Part shown: positions 16,114-24,029 of the stretch, in pieces | Layout: every line of letters begins with the position of its first letter | How positions within the stretch are numbered: position 1 is the first letter of the stretch | From: a virus | Lineage: Duplodnaviria; Heunggongvirae; Uroviricota; Caudoviricetes | DNA length: 24,750 nucleotides | Direction: 5' to 3' (one strand) | Virus record (IMG/VR): IMGVR_UViG_3300033069_002010 | The notes under the pieces: model-generated | Told to the model about the DNA's origin: nothing | What the model saw: only the letters and a program-made list of their open reading frames with translations | Database searches by the model: none | Made by a program: the position numbers and the translations under genes

Positions 16114-18162
16114 TTATATTTTTGTGAGTCCCTTCGACTGTAGGGCCAATTCAAATTCGGAATTCGCTTGCTGCTTGACATAGTCGACAAGAACCTGGTA
16201 GTTGCTCTCACCGGTTTGTTTGTCTCCCCCGTCCGAGGTATCCCATCTTCCGACATATGTGTTCGGCTGTACCGCGCTTGAAACTGACCAGTTTATGGAG
16301 ACATTTTGCTGGCTGTACTTTCCGCTGTTCAGAATCTGTCCTCCCAACCAACTGCCGCTCACATAACCAGGAACGGGCGATTCGGCAGCCGGCTGAATTC
16401 CGACGGTCGGTGCCGGAGGTGGTGTCGGAGGCGGTATACTAACCGTTGTGTTTGGAATGGTAGATACGGAAGATTTAGAAGGATGAACCTCACTTGTGTT
16501 TCCAATCGACGGATTTGTGACAGGATCACCGATTACCGGAGTAGAAGTGGGATCGTTATAGGAATACCAATCGTTTCCGGGCCCGTTTATTGAGTAGAAA
16601 GGATCATTGACTAGCGGATTGTAGGTGTATACGGCTTCCGCGTTTTGCAGTGTTGTCCTGTTTACGACCACACTCTGGCTCTGTCCGTTCTGGTTGAGGA
16701 TCGTGGTTGAGACGGTTCCGGATTTGATTGAAAAGGTTGCCGAAATTGATTTCTCAACAAATGACTCCTTAATCCTGGCATATGATCTTCCCCTACCGGT
16801 ATTGAACCTTTGGAATATTTCCTGTGCTCCCAACGGCCTTGCGTTCGTAAGACTGAACGAAAATTTGATTGACGACGGTAGATCGTTAAATGTAAGGGTT
16901 TTACCCAACTCAACCTTGACCGTTTCACAAAGCATGTCACCCGAACAGAAAATCGGTTTTTTCGGATTGCCGATAGTCACATGCCACGGGGCGGAAGGAC
17001 TTCCGCTGAGAGCGTTCAGAACCCCGAGAAGCTTCACCTTGTACTTGCTGACGACATGACCGACGGTCGAGGCGAAAGCCTTTTGGATTTGATCGATAAT
17101 CTGGTTGGTATTGGGAAACTGATCGTTTCTTGGTGGGTTTATCAGAGCATTTATAATCTTTGCTCCTATATCTGATATGGCCTCCACCAAGGCGGAAACG
17201 AATTGGATTATGGATGCGGCTATTGCCCTCAAATCCCCACTGATGAGGTTTTTGATGAACTCACTCCCGCTGTTCTGAAACTTGGTGTTGAACTGGAACA
17301 CCGACTCGGAGGTTCCGAAGGTGAGAGCGTTCTGTATGATATCAAGGTAAACCAAGGAAGGATCCAACCCGTTTATGAATTTCTGCTCATACTCGACGTT
17401 CATGGTGACCGTGATGGTGCATTTCAACCCGGATCCGGCCGTATTCTTGGATACGAGGGATCTCTGTTTGGCCTGTCTGATCAGATTTGGGTTTCCCAAA
17501 GGTGAGTTTCCGATTCCGAAGTCATCCTGAAGACCGAGTTTTTTCAGTATCTCATACTGAATTCCCTCCATGAAACCTGGCATCGGAAGCATATCCATTC
17601 CACCCGCCGCGAAATTGCCAAGCTGGCTTCCCCCAATCAGATCCTTGACGTCACCACCAAGTTCATTGAGTATGCTGGTGAAGCTCGCTTCTGCGTCTGT
17701 CCAGCTCTCACCCCAATCTGCTGATAACCATTCCTGATCCTCGGGAACCCAGGATACCAAAGTCGCCATCGGAACATCCTTCACCGTCGAGAGATCGCTG
17801 TGGACCCCACTCTGAAATCTTCTGGCGACTATAAGTCTGTTGTTGGGGAAGACCCCAACGTTTTTGAGGTAGGCAAAATCTGCGAATGTCAGTTTCATCG
17901 ACGGTATACCACTTGTATACTCGACTATGGAAGCAATACTCACGTCATTGGTGTCATCATTGTGGATAGACTGAGCGTTTGTCCCGATTTTGGGTATCGC
18001 GTCCTTAATCTCAGGATTAGAATTGTTGACCCCAGGGAATGGAATGAACTGATTAGAATTTCCGTCGTTTCCGACTCCGAAAATCGATTTTATACGAAGG
18101 GAATTGATTACCTGATACTGGGAAAGTCTCTGGCTAGGTCCTAAGTTTAACGGGGATGGCAT
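16114..18162 (-). CDS. Putative baseplate/tail-tube initiator (gp48/gp54-like) with Pro-rich linker and extra C-terminal domain
   Basis: 682 aa; first gene of the baseplate run. The region WHVTIGNPKKPIF..GDM.CE.V.VE.G..L.FNDLP..I...F.L..ARP looks like a tube-fold C-terminus; PPPTPPPAP linker. The family call is inference from pattern and synteny. Confidence 0.5.
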   Translation of the reverse strand: MPSPLNLGPSQRLSQYQVINSLRIKSIFGVGNDGNSNQFIPFPGVNNSNPEIKDAIPKIGTNAQSIHNDDTNDVSIASIVEYTSGIPSMKLTFADFAYLKNVGVFPNNRLIVARRFQSGVHSDLSTVKDVPMATLVSWVPEDQEWLSADWGESWTDAEASFTSILNELGGDVKDLIGGSQLGNFAAGGMDMLPMPGFMEGIQYEILKKLGLQDDFGIGNSPLGNPNLIRQAKQRSLVSKNTAGSGLKCTITVTMNVEYEQKFINGLDPSLVYLDIIQNALTFGTSESVFQFNTKFQNSGSEFIKNLISGDLRAIAASIIQFVSALVEAISDIGAKIINALINPPRNDQFPNTNQIIDQIQKAFASTVGHVVSKYKVKLLGVLNALSGSPSAPWHVTIGNPKKPIFCSGDMLCETVKVELGKTLTFNDLPSSIKFSFSLTNARPLGAQEIFQRFNTGRGRSYARIKESFVEKSISATFSIKSGTVSTTILNQNGQSQSVVVNRTTLQNAEAVYTYNPLVNDPFYSINGPGNDWYSYNDPTSTPVIGDPVTNPSIGNTSEVHPSKSSVSTIPNTTVSIPPPTPPPAPTVGIQPAAESPVPGYVSGSWLGGQILNSGKYSQQNVSINWSVSSAVQPNTYVGRWDTSDGGDKQTGESNYQVLVDYVKQQANSEFELALQSKGLTKI

Positions 18163-18184
18163 ATCTAAGATATAAAATTTGATT

Positions 18185-18193
18185 TATATATTA
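18185..18193 (-). promoter_or_regulatory. Putative late-type promoter TAATATATA heading the baseplate operon
   Basis: 22 nt upstream of ATG 18162. Confidence 0.6.
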
Positions 18194-18231
18194 AATATTT
18201 GGTAATCTCTAATAGGTGTTTTCGTCAAAAA

Positions 18232-18624
18232 TCAATAGTCTCTAATAATCTGACTGTTGGAAAATTTAGAAAGATTGCCGAGGACATCGTCCAATACGTC
18301 GGGGTCCTTTCGGAATTCGTTGTAAAAAATGAGAACGTTGAAATTATTCTGCTCTCCGAGGATTTTTCTTATGTTGATGAGCTTCTCTATGGAAAATTCG
18401 CTTTCGAAATCGGGGATGTAATATATATCCTTGTTTTTCTCGATTGCCTGTTGAATCTTCTGGAAGATTATTATCTTCAGATAGGTCTTTTCCTTATCAA
18501 AGGAAATTTCCTCCTCCTCCATTATTTTTTTTATATCTATGATATACTTGTTCCTAATCCTGTTGACCTTTATATACTTGTCCAGTTTTTTCCTTGTCTT
18601 CACATAGACACAAAAGAAATCCAT
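18232..18624 (-). CDS. Hypothetical protein, 130 aa, alpha/beta; possibly a degenerate P-loop kinase-like fold
   Basis: ATG 18624 preferred over GTG 18627. Alternating strand/helix pattern (YIIDIKKI...QAIEKNKDIYYIPD) recalls small nucleotide kinases, but there is no Walker A. Confidence 0.65.
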   Translation of the reverse strand: MDFFCVYVKTRKKLDKYIKVNRIRNKYIIDIKKIMEEEEISFDKEKTYLKIIIFQKIQQAIEKNKDIYYIPDFESEFSIEKLINIRKILGEQNNFNVLIFYNEFRKDPDVLDDVLGNLSKFSNSQIIRDY

Positions 18625-18651
18625 CACTTCTTAAATATTGTTTTTCTACAC

Positions 18652-18659
18652 TATTTATA
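18652..18659 (-). promoter_or_regulatory. T4 late promoter consensus TATAAATA
   Basis: Exact T4 gp55-dependent consensus, 27 nt upstream of ATG 18624, in an intergenic gap. Confidence 0.55.
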
Positions 18660-18677
18660 AAATTAACCCTCTTTCCC

Positions 18678-20492
18678 TCACTCGAATTTTCCTATAATCT
18701 GGTTCTGTTTTATGGTCAACGAAAATCCACTCCCGTTCTCGGATTTTTTCGGCTCGAATTTCGAGTCAAACCCTGCCTTTATGAACTGGTCTTTTGAAAC
18801 AGCCTTTATCTTACCATCAGACGTCTTCAGAAAATAGTCAAAACTCTCGTTGGCGACGTCACCCGCCAATTCGACACCGGATTTGTATTCGACCTCCTTC
18901 CCCGATTTAATATCATCTATCTTGGACTTGAGAATGGTGATAAAGTCATCGGCGAACATTTTCATGACATCGGTGTAGTTCTCGGTTCCGAAATTCTTGG
19001 ACAGAAGATCCCTCCTTGAGGAGAAATAGTTCAACCCCTGTATGTTGGTTATCGAAGGGTGTCCCCCGGAATTGACGGTTATGATGTCATACATCGAAAT
19101 CGTAATCAGTCCCATCATCTGCTTTTCCCTATCGGACCATTTCTCATAAGGCTTGTCCATACACTCCTTCAGGATTCCGATCACGACGGCGGTCTTTGCC
19201 GAAGTCTCGTCATCTAGATTAAGGAACTCCGTGGTGAAATCACCCGACTTTCTGTTCGGCATCCACTTTATGGTCTTGGAATAGAATGCCTTCAAATCGG
19301 CGTAGTTGAATCCGATCGGCTGATAATCTTCCCCGTAATGGGTTCTCTTTTTCGAAATCTCGTCCTCGCTTATCCTTTTGATGTCGGATATCGGAACGTT
19401 GAATTCCTTCAATATGTCCACATACTTGCCCAACATTTCCTTGGTTATGGCCCCAAGATCGATCTTCGACAGGACCTTTTCCTTGAAGGGATTGCAGGAA
19501 ACCTGAATCAGGCCCATAGGGAAAATGGTGCAGACAAAATCGGCTGCGGGATTGTTCTTGAACACAACATACCGGTCGTAAGAACCCGGCTCGAAAACAG
19601 ATCCTATGCCGTATTGCTTTATTATCTTATATGTCTCGTCGAATTCGACATCCTTGCTTCCCACCCTCGACTTAACGTATTTTTCAAGATTGGATTTAAG
19701 AACATCGAGAGTCGCCAATTTTTTAGGGACATTATGCTTTCTTAGAGACTTGTCATATTCGAGGGATATAGCCGTATCCATGTAATGTTTTATGTTCATG
19801 AACATCGATATCAGAGAAGGTGAAGAATCCAAAGTCAGACACTCCAAGAAATTCTTGTTGATGTGCTTTCTCTTCCCGTCAAGACTGGTTCCGCTGATTC
19901 TCTTGTTTTTGAACACGAGAAGAAGCCTGTTGACCACAAATCCCATCATGAAACGGTTTTTCTCACCCGATAGTTTCGGATCCACCGAAAAAACCACATT
20001 CTGAATGTCATCGGGGGTTATCCCGTATTTTAGGAAGTCGGCCGAATCGACGGTCTTGATAAGATCTATGTCCGATTTCATGAAAACGTCTGAAGGGGAT
20101 ATCTCACCCGATATTATCTCGACGTTTGACCTTGAAGGCTTTGCGTAAGCCGCTCCCGAAGGTTCTCCCGTCTGACTGGTGTGGTGATCGGTGGCTATGG
20201 TGAACATGGTCTTGAAATGGGCGAAATCGACAAGAACGGCCATAGAATCGGGTCTTTTCTGTCTTATGGCGTATTCCATCCCACCGTATTGGGTGATGTG
20301 ACAATCAACCATTTTCATTCCGTATCTTTCCAGATAGGATTTCATTGCCAACGCCGAGGTAACACCATCCAGATCTTGGTGAAACCAGATCTCGAAATTG
20401 TTTCCGTGCTCGGCCTTGTGTGAGGCTATCAGTTTGGAGATGTTCCTGAGACCCACTTCCTCATTCAAAAAAGAATTGTATTTCTTTATCAT
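18678..20492 (-). CDS. DHH/DHHA1-family phosphoesterase with CTS-like N-terminus
   Basis: 604 aa from ATG 20492 (the track uses TTG 20498). FHQDLDGVTSA, VLVDFAH, TDHH, SRSN, VDSAD and a C-terminal SGGH. Starts MIKKYNSFLNEE. Confidence 0.85.
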   Translation of the reverse strand: MIKKYNSFLNEEVGLRNISKLIASHKAEHGNNFEIWFHQDLDGVTSALAMKSYLERYGMKMVDCHITQYGGMEYAIRQKRPDSMAVLVDFAHFKTMFTIATDHHTSQTGEPSGAAYAKPSRSNVEIISGEISPSDVFMKSDIDLIKTVDSADFLKYGITPDDIQNVVFSVDPKLSGEKNRFMMGFVVNRLLLVFKNKRISGTSLDGKRKHINKNFLECLTLDSSPSLISMFMNIKHYMDTAISLEYDKSLRKHNVPKKLATLDVLKSNLEKYVKSRVGSKDVEFDETYKIIKQYGIGSVFEPGSYDRYVVFKNNPAADFVCTIFPMGLIQVSCNPFKEKVLSKIDLGAITKEMLGKYVDILKEFNVPISDIKRISEDEISKKRTHYGEDYQPIGFNYADLKAFYSKTIKWMPNRKSGDFTTEFLNLDDETSAKTAVVIGILKECMDKPYEKWSDREKQMMGLITISMYDIITVNSGGHPSITNIQGLNYFSSRRDLLSKNFGTENYTDVMKMFADDFITILKSKIDDIKSGKEVEYKSGVELAGDVANESFDYFLKTSDGKIKAVSKDQFIKAGFDSKFEPKKSENGSGFSLTIKQNQIIGKFE

Positions 20493-20507
20493 GTTCAAAA
20501 AATTATT

Positions 20508-21050
20508 TTATTCCTCGTCAAGGTCAATTTCATTATCGTCATCCTCGTCATCGAAGATATCATCATCAATATGGTCTTCCTCGTCATGTTCAAGTTCACC
20601 TTCATCGTCAAATTCATCCTCGAATTCCTCATCATCATAATCATCATCCTCATCATCGGATTCGAGTTCGCCGCTCTTCATGGCGTCAATCGTGTCCTGG
20701 GTGACATTGTAATCAACCCAACTCTGTATCTGCTCACCCAGATCAAATCCCAAATCCGAAAGATCGTCGAATATGACTTTCATATCGGTGAAATTCGATG
20801 TGGAAAGATATGACTGAAGATTCGGTATAGATTCCCTCATATGCTCAAGGAACATCTGGTAGTCAACCGATATCTTTTCCTCATCACCATCGGGGGTCTC
20901 CACCCAAACGTTGAAATGGTCCACGTCTCCGTGACTGTGCTTCCTGAAATACTCGGTCTCATCCTCGGGACTTCCGAAATCCCATCTGACAACCTTAAAT
21001 TGGGGACTTTCAAATCCCAGATAATCGTTGAATTCTAAAATATGTCTCAT
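20508..21050 (-). CDS. Hypothetical protein with CTS-like start and long Asp/Glu tail ending in Glu-Glu
   Basis: 180 aa; MRHILEFNDY start; last ~50 aa mostly D/E; ends EIDLDEE; 7-nt gap to the amidoligase gene. Confidence 0.8.
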   Translation of the reverse strand: MRHILEFNDYLGFESPQFKVVRWDFGSPEDETEYFRKHSHGDVDHFNVWVETPDGDEEKISVDYQMFLEHMRESIPNLQSYLSTSNFTDMKVIFDDLSDLGFDLGEQIQSWVDYNVTQDTIDAMKSGELESDDEDDDYDDEEFEDEFDDEGELEHDEEDHIDDDIFDDEDDDNEIDLDEE

Positions 21051-21057
21051 ATTTGTC

Positions 21058-22443
21058 TTATTTTTTAAATCCTTTTATGACGCCCAAATCCTTTTTCCCA
21101 TCCCTTTCCTCTTCAAAACTTGTATCGAAGAAGCTGTCTGTTTCCGAAACCACGTTGGTCTCCGAACTTATGTTTGCGTAAGGCCCGAGCTTTCCACCCC
21201 TGAACACCCCACCAATCATATCCCCGTTTAGATAACCGTTCATGAAGAAGCAGTTTGTCATTTGAGTGGCCTCAACATTGCAGCTGAGAATCTTCGAATC
21301 ATTGATGTCACATCCGTGTATCTTGGATTTTATTATCTGGGAATTGGAGACCTGACAATTGACCAGTCCGCAATTCTCGAATATGCCGTCAGACATCACA
21401 CAATTGATGAAGTCAAAATCCTTGATGTTGTGTGTCGATTTTACGTTTGCGTCAATAACCTCTATTTTCTGGGTAGCTGTCACATAGTTTATTATGCAAT
21501 CCTTCAGGGAATCGGTTGAATCTATCAGGACATGCAGCTTGGGGAAAATCTTATCATAGTATGCGTTGACAACGTCATAATTGTAATATTGGTCTATCTG
21601 AAGGGATATTGTCGGGAAATCAACAATAAAGTTGTCGTATTTTGAGAAATTCTTGAAGTTGCTGATGTTGAGATCAAGGTATTTCTCCAACTCGTCAATA
21701 TCCTGGTCGTTGAAACCGGTGTCTATGGAATTGTGGACATCTATGACAAACCTGTCCATGAAATACAATATCTGTCCTATGTTTTTCTCATAGTCCTTAC
21801 CACCGATGTATCGGAACTCCAGTCTCTGCGAATCTTTCGGATTGTTGACATGTAGGAAATTGACCCCGTAGTACTTGTCATCAGGCATCCTTATGTTGTT
21901 TTTGACCACGTCGATCGGAATGTTGTTGAAATCGTATTCCTTGTATGGGATTACCTTTTTGACGGTCTTGGCGTAAACGTTGTTCTTTCTCGAAGGATAA
22001 ACCCTGTAAATCTCTTCCTCATCAAGATTGAGAATAAGCTTGAGCATATTCAGGTCGTTAAGGTCCTTGTCGGCATCACCCAAAAAGGATATGTTGAAAT
22101 GGATTGACGCTTTTTCGGTGGTATATCCGTATTGCTGTATGAATTTCAGGATTTTTATCAGATAAAACTTGGCCTCATAATATGACATCGGCCCTGTAAC
22201 CAATTCCACCATGTTCGAACCTCCAGAAAGATCGGGTTCTATCTTGAAGTTCTGGGAATCTGGCTTGAAATCGGAGTGATATTTCTTGAAACCCCAAACC
22301 TTTACGGGAGCAAGATAAAGATTGAGCATTTCCAATGTCTTGTAATAGGACATTTCCCTCATGAAAAACTCAAATTCAAAGCCCACTTGTGACTTTTTCA
22401 AAATATCATTGCTGTTGATGAACGTTTCCGAATATTTCTTCAT
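21058..22443 (-). CDS. Putative amidoligase (COOH-NH2 ligase, Amidoligase_2-like) with C-terminal pentapeptide-repeat beta-helix
   Basis: 461 aa. GFEFE, KIEPDLS, ELVTGPM, SIHFNIS, KYYGVNF, LEFRYIGG; then about 13 five-residue repeats (FENCG LVNCQ VSNSQ IIKSK IHGCD INDSK ILSCN...). Confidence 0.75.
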   Translation of the reverse strand: MKKYSETFINSNDILKKSQVGFEFEFFMREMSYYKTLEMLNLYLAPVKVWGFKKYHSDFKPDSQNFKIEPDLSGGSNMVELVTGPMSYYEAKFYLIKILKFIQQYGYTTEKASIHFNISFLGDADKDLNDLNMLKLILNLDEEEIYRVYPSRKNNVYAKTVKKVIPYKEYDFNNIPIDVVKNNIRMPDDKYYGVNFLHVNNPKDSQRLEFRYIGGKDYEKNIGQILYFMDRFVIDVHNSIDTGFNDQDIDELEKYLDLNISNFKNFSKYDNFIVDFPTISLQIDQYYNYDVVNAYYDKIFPKLHVLIDSTDSLKDCIINYVTATQKIEVIDANVKSTHNIKDFDFINCVMSDGIFENCGLVNCQVSNSQIIKSKIHGCDINDSKILSCNVEATQMTNCFFMNGYLNGDMIGGVFRGGKLGPYANISSETNVVSETDSFFDTSFEEERDGKKDLGVIKGFKK

Positions 22444-22449
22444 ATTGAC

Positions 22450-22457
22450 TATATATA
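22450..22457 (-). promoter_or_regulatory. Putative late-type promoter TATATATA heading the amidoligase-acidic-DHH unit
   Basis: 6 nt upstream of ATG 22443 in a 25-nt gap. Confidence 0.5.
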
Positions 22458-22468
22458 AAAAATGAAGA

Positions 22469-23047
22469 TCACAATTTGTTATTCAGACCGATTGTTTCTC
22501 CTTTAAGGGAAGAAATATCGACAACAGCACCATAACCTATGAAATTGTCGTAAAATTTCGGATAATCCTTTCCCCAATATACGAAACAACAGGCCATCGG
22601 AGCTCCTGTTCCCGTATCCTCACCATTCTCAAGGAATTTAAGTCTTGTGTCATAGAGGAAACAAACCCCAGTGGCCTTTCCGAAAACACCTTGTTTCCAA
22701 TGGCCTGTGTTGGTGGCGACGGGTATGAGGGCTATTATCTCGGACCCGTATTTCTGGTTCGAAATCATCGCCTTCACCAACCAGTTCTTTATTGTGGTTC
22801 CCCGTGACTTATCCGAACCGTATGGTGGATTGATGTAGATTGTGGGATAGTCCCACTCCTCGGACAGTCCGTCGGTGGGAAGCATGAACTCGGTATCGGC
22901 CCCGACCACCGAATATTGGTTTGAACATGGATCGAGGGATATGGTCCCCCCGAAAAACCTCCTGACCAGATCGGCGTATTTTCTTGGAGTTCCCCATGAT
23001 TGGCTCTTGTTCATAGTCCTGACTTCGGACATCTTATATTCGCTCAT
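22469..23047 (-). CDS. Phage-type DNA N6-adenine methyltransferase (PF05869-like)
   Basis: 192 aa; WGTP, LDPCS, DGLSEEW, catalytic INPPY, IALIPVATNT..W, LKF motifs; no cognate restriction endonuclease nearby. Confidence 0.85.
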   Translation of the reverse strand: MSEYKMSEVRTMNKSQSWGTPRKYADLVRRFFGGTISLDPCSNQYSVVGADTEFMLPTDGLSEEWDYPTIYINPPYGSDKSRGTTIKNWLVKAMISNQKYGSEIIALIPVATNTGHWKQGVFGKATGVCFLYDTRLKFLENGEDTGTGAPMACCFVYWGKDYPKFYDNFIGYGAVVDISSLKGETIGLNNKL

Positions 23048-23051
23048 ACCC

Positions 23052-23059
23052 TATATATC
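23052..23059 (-). promoter_or_regulatory. Putative late-type promoter GATATATA
   Basis: 4 nt upstream of ATG 23047. Confidence 0.4.
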
Positions 23060-23092
23060 GGGGATATTTTTTTTCATTCGGCATTATTTTGA

Positions 23093-23115
23093 TATATTTG
23101 AATTTGGAATATATA
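23093..23115 (+). promoter_or_regulatory. Bacteroidota-type -7 element TATATTTG (23093-23100) followed by AATATATA (23108-23115)
   Basis: Both motifs lie in the divergent gap, 21 nt and 6 nt before ATG 23122. Confidence 0.5.
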
Positions 23116-23121
23116 CCACCA

Positions 23122-24027
23122 ATGAAACTTACATCAGAAATCATATCGGAAAACCTCGACAGGCTGGAAAAATCCAAAAAAGACTTCCCGATTCTCATAC
23201 AATATGAGAACTGCAACGACTTTTACATGAGAATGAGCATCAGACAGGAAGCAAGCCAGTTCAACCTCACCTATTACATAGACTTTATAGACTTCATAAA
23301 AAATTCCGAAAAAAGGGGTCAGCCAGTATTTTACAGGAAAAAAATATCTGTAAAAGAATTTCAGGATACTCTTACCAAGTACGCCTTTGACGAAGACGCA
23401 AGAAAATCCTTTTCGTCAAAGTCAAAAAAATCCTTCCAACATCTTATAAATTCGGACAAGTGGGAGGTGTTTGCCGGACAGCAGGAAACATACAAAAAAA
23501 GAAAGAGAAGATACAACAACAATTTCGAAAATTCGGAGGCCATCATAGCCAATTTCATAATCCAAAACGAAATCGATGTGGACCTGCCGTTCTGGACCCG
23601 GATCTCAAAATGGTATACCGTTCTTCTCCCAGAATCCGAAAATTCCCTCCAAAATGAGATAAGACAAACCAAAGAACTGATAGACCATGTTATGGAAACC
23701 ATGAAATCATCCGAAATTGACTTCAGGAAACTAAACTACACCTATCTGACAAACCAACTCCAGGAAGAGATAAAGAAACAGATGCTCAGAATAGAACTCG
23801 GAGAAAAAATAAGATGTGTCGATCCGTCAAATCTTGAAAAGATAACCCATTCAGCAATATATGACGTTATTGACAAACGGCTGAGCAACGTCACATCCGG
23901 AGGCGGAAACGTCCTGTCCGTCTACATAACAAACGATGATGGAAGCAATATGTGGTATCCATACAGACACTTCGAAACGGTCACCAACATGAGGGATTCA
24001 TTCATCGACAAACTGCTAAACTCATAA
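23122..24027 (+). CDS. Hypothetical protein, 301 aa, with C-terminal small beta-barrel-like domain ending RDSFIDKLL
   Basis: Start revised to ATG 23122 because the track start at 23089 overlaps the promoter motifs. The C-terminal ~75 aa resemble the next ORF. Confidence 0.75.
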   Translation: MKLTSEIISENLDRLEKSKKDFPILIQYENCNDFYMRMSIRQEASQFNLTYYIDFIDFIKNSEKRGQPVFYRKKISVKEFQDTLTKYAFDEDARKSFSSKSKKSFQHLINSDKWEVFAGQQETYKKRKRRYNNNFENSEAIIANFIIQNEIDVDLPFWTRISKWYTVLLPESENSLQNEIRQTKELIDHVMETMKSSEIDFRKLNYTYLTNQLQEEIKKQMLRIELGEKIRCVDPSNLEKITHSAIYDVIDKRLSNVTSGGGNVLSVYITNDDGSNMWYPYRHFETVTNMRDSFIDKLLNS

Positions 24028-24029
24028 CA

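Noticed and set aside
18199-18660. 153-aa hydrophobic plus-strand ORF
   Set aside because: Fully antisense to 18232..18624, which has a promoter motif and fits the operon direction; the hydrophobicity mirrors the A-rich sense strand.
18232-23047. Amidoligase, DHH, kinase-like protein and MTase as a DNA hypermodification cluster
   Set aside because: No base-modifying or nucleotide-substitution enzymes (thymidylate synthase-like, PurZ, Que/DpdA, glycosyltransferase) in the window, and the MTase has a separate promoter motif. It cannot be excluded without the full genome.
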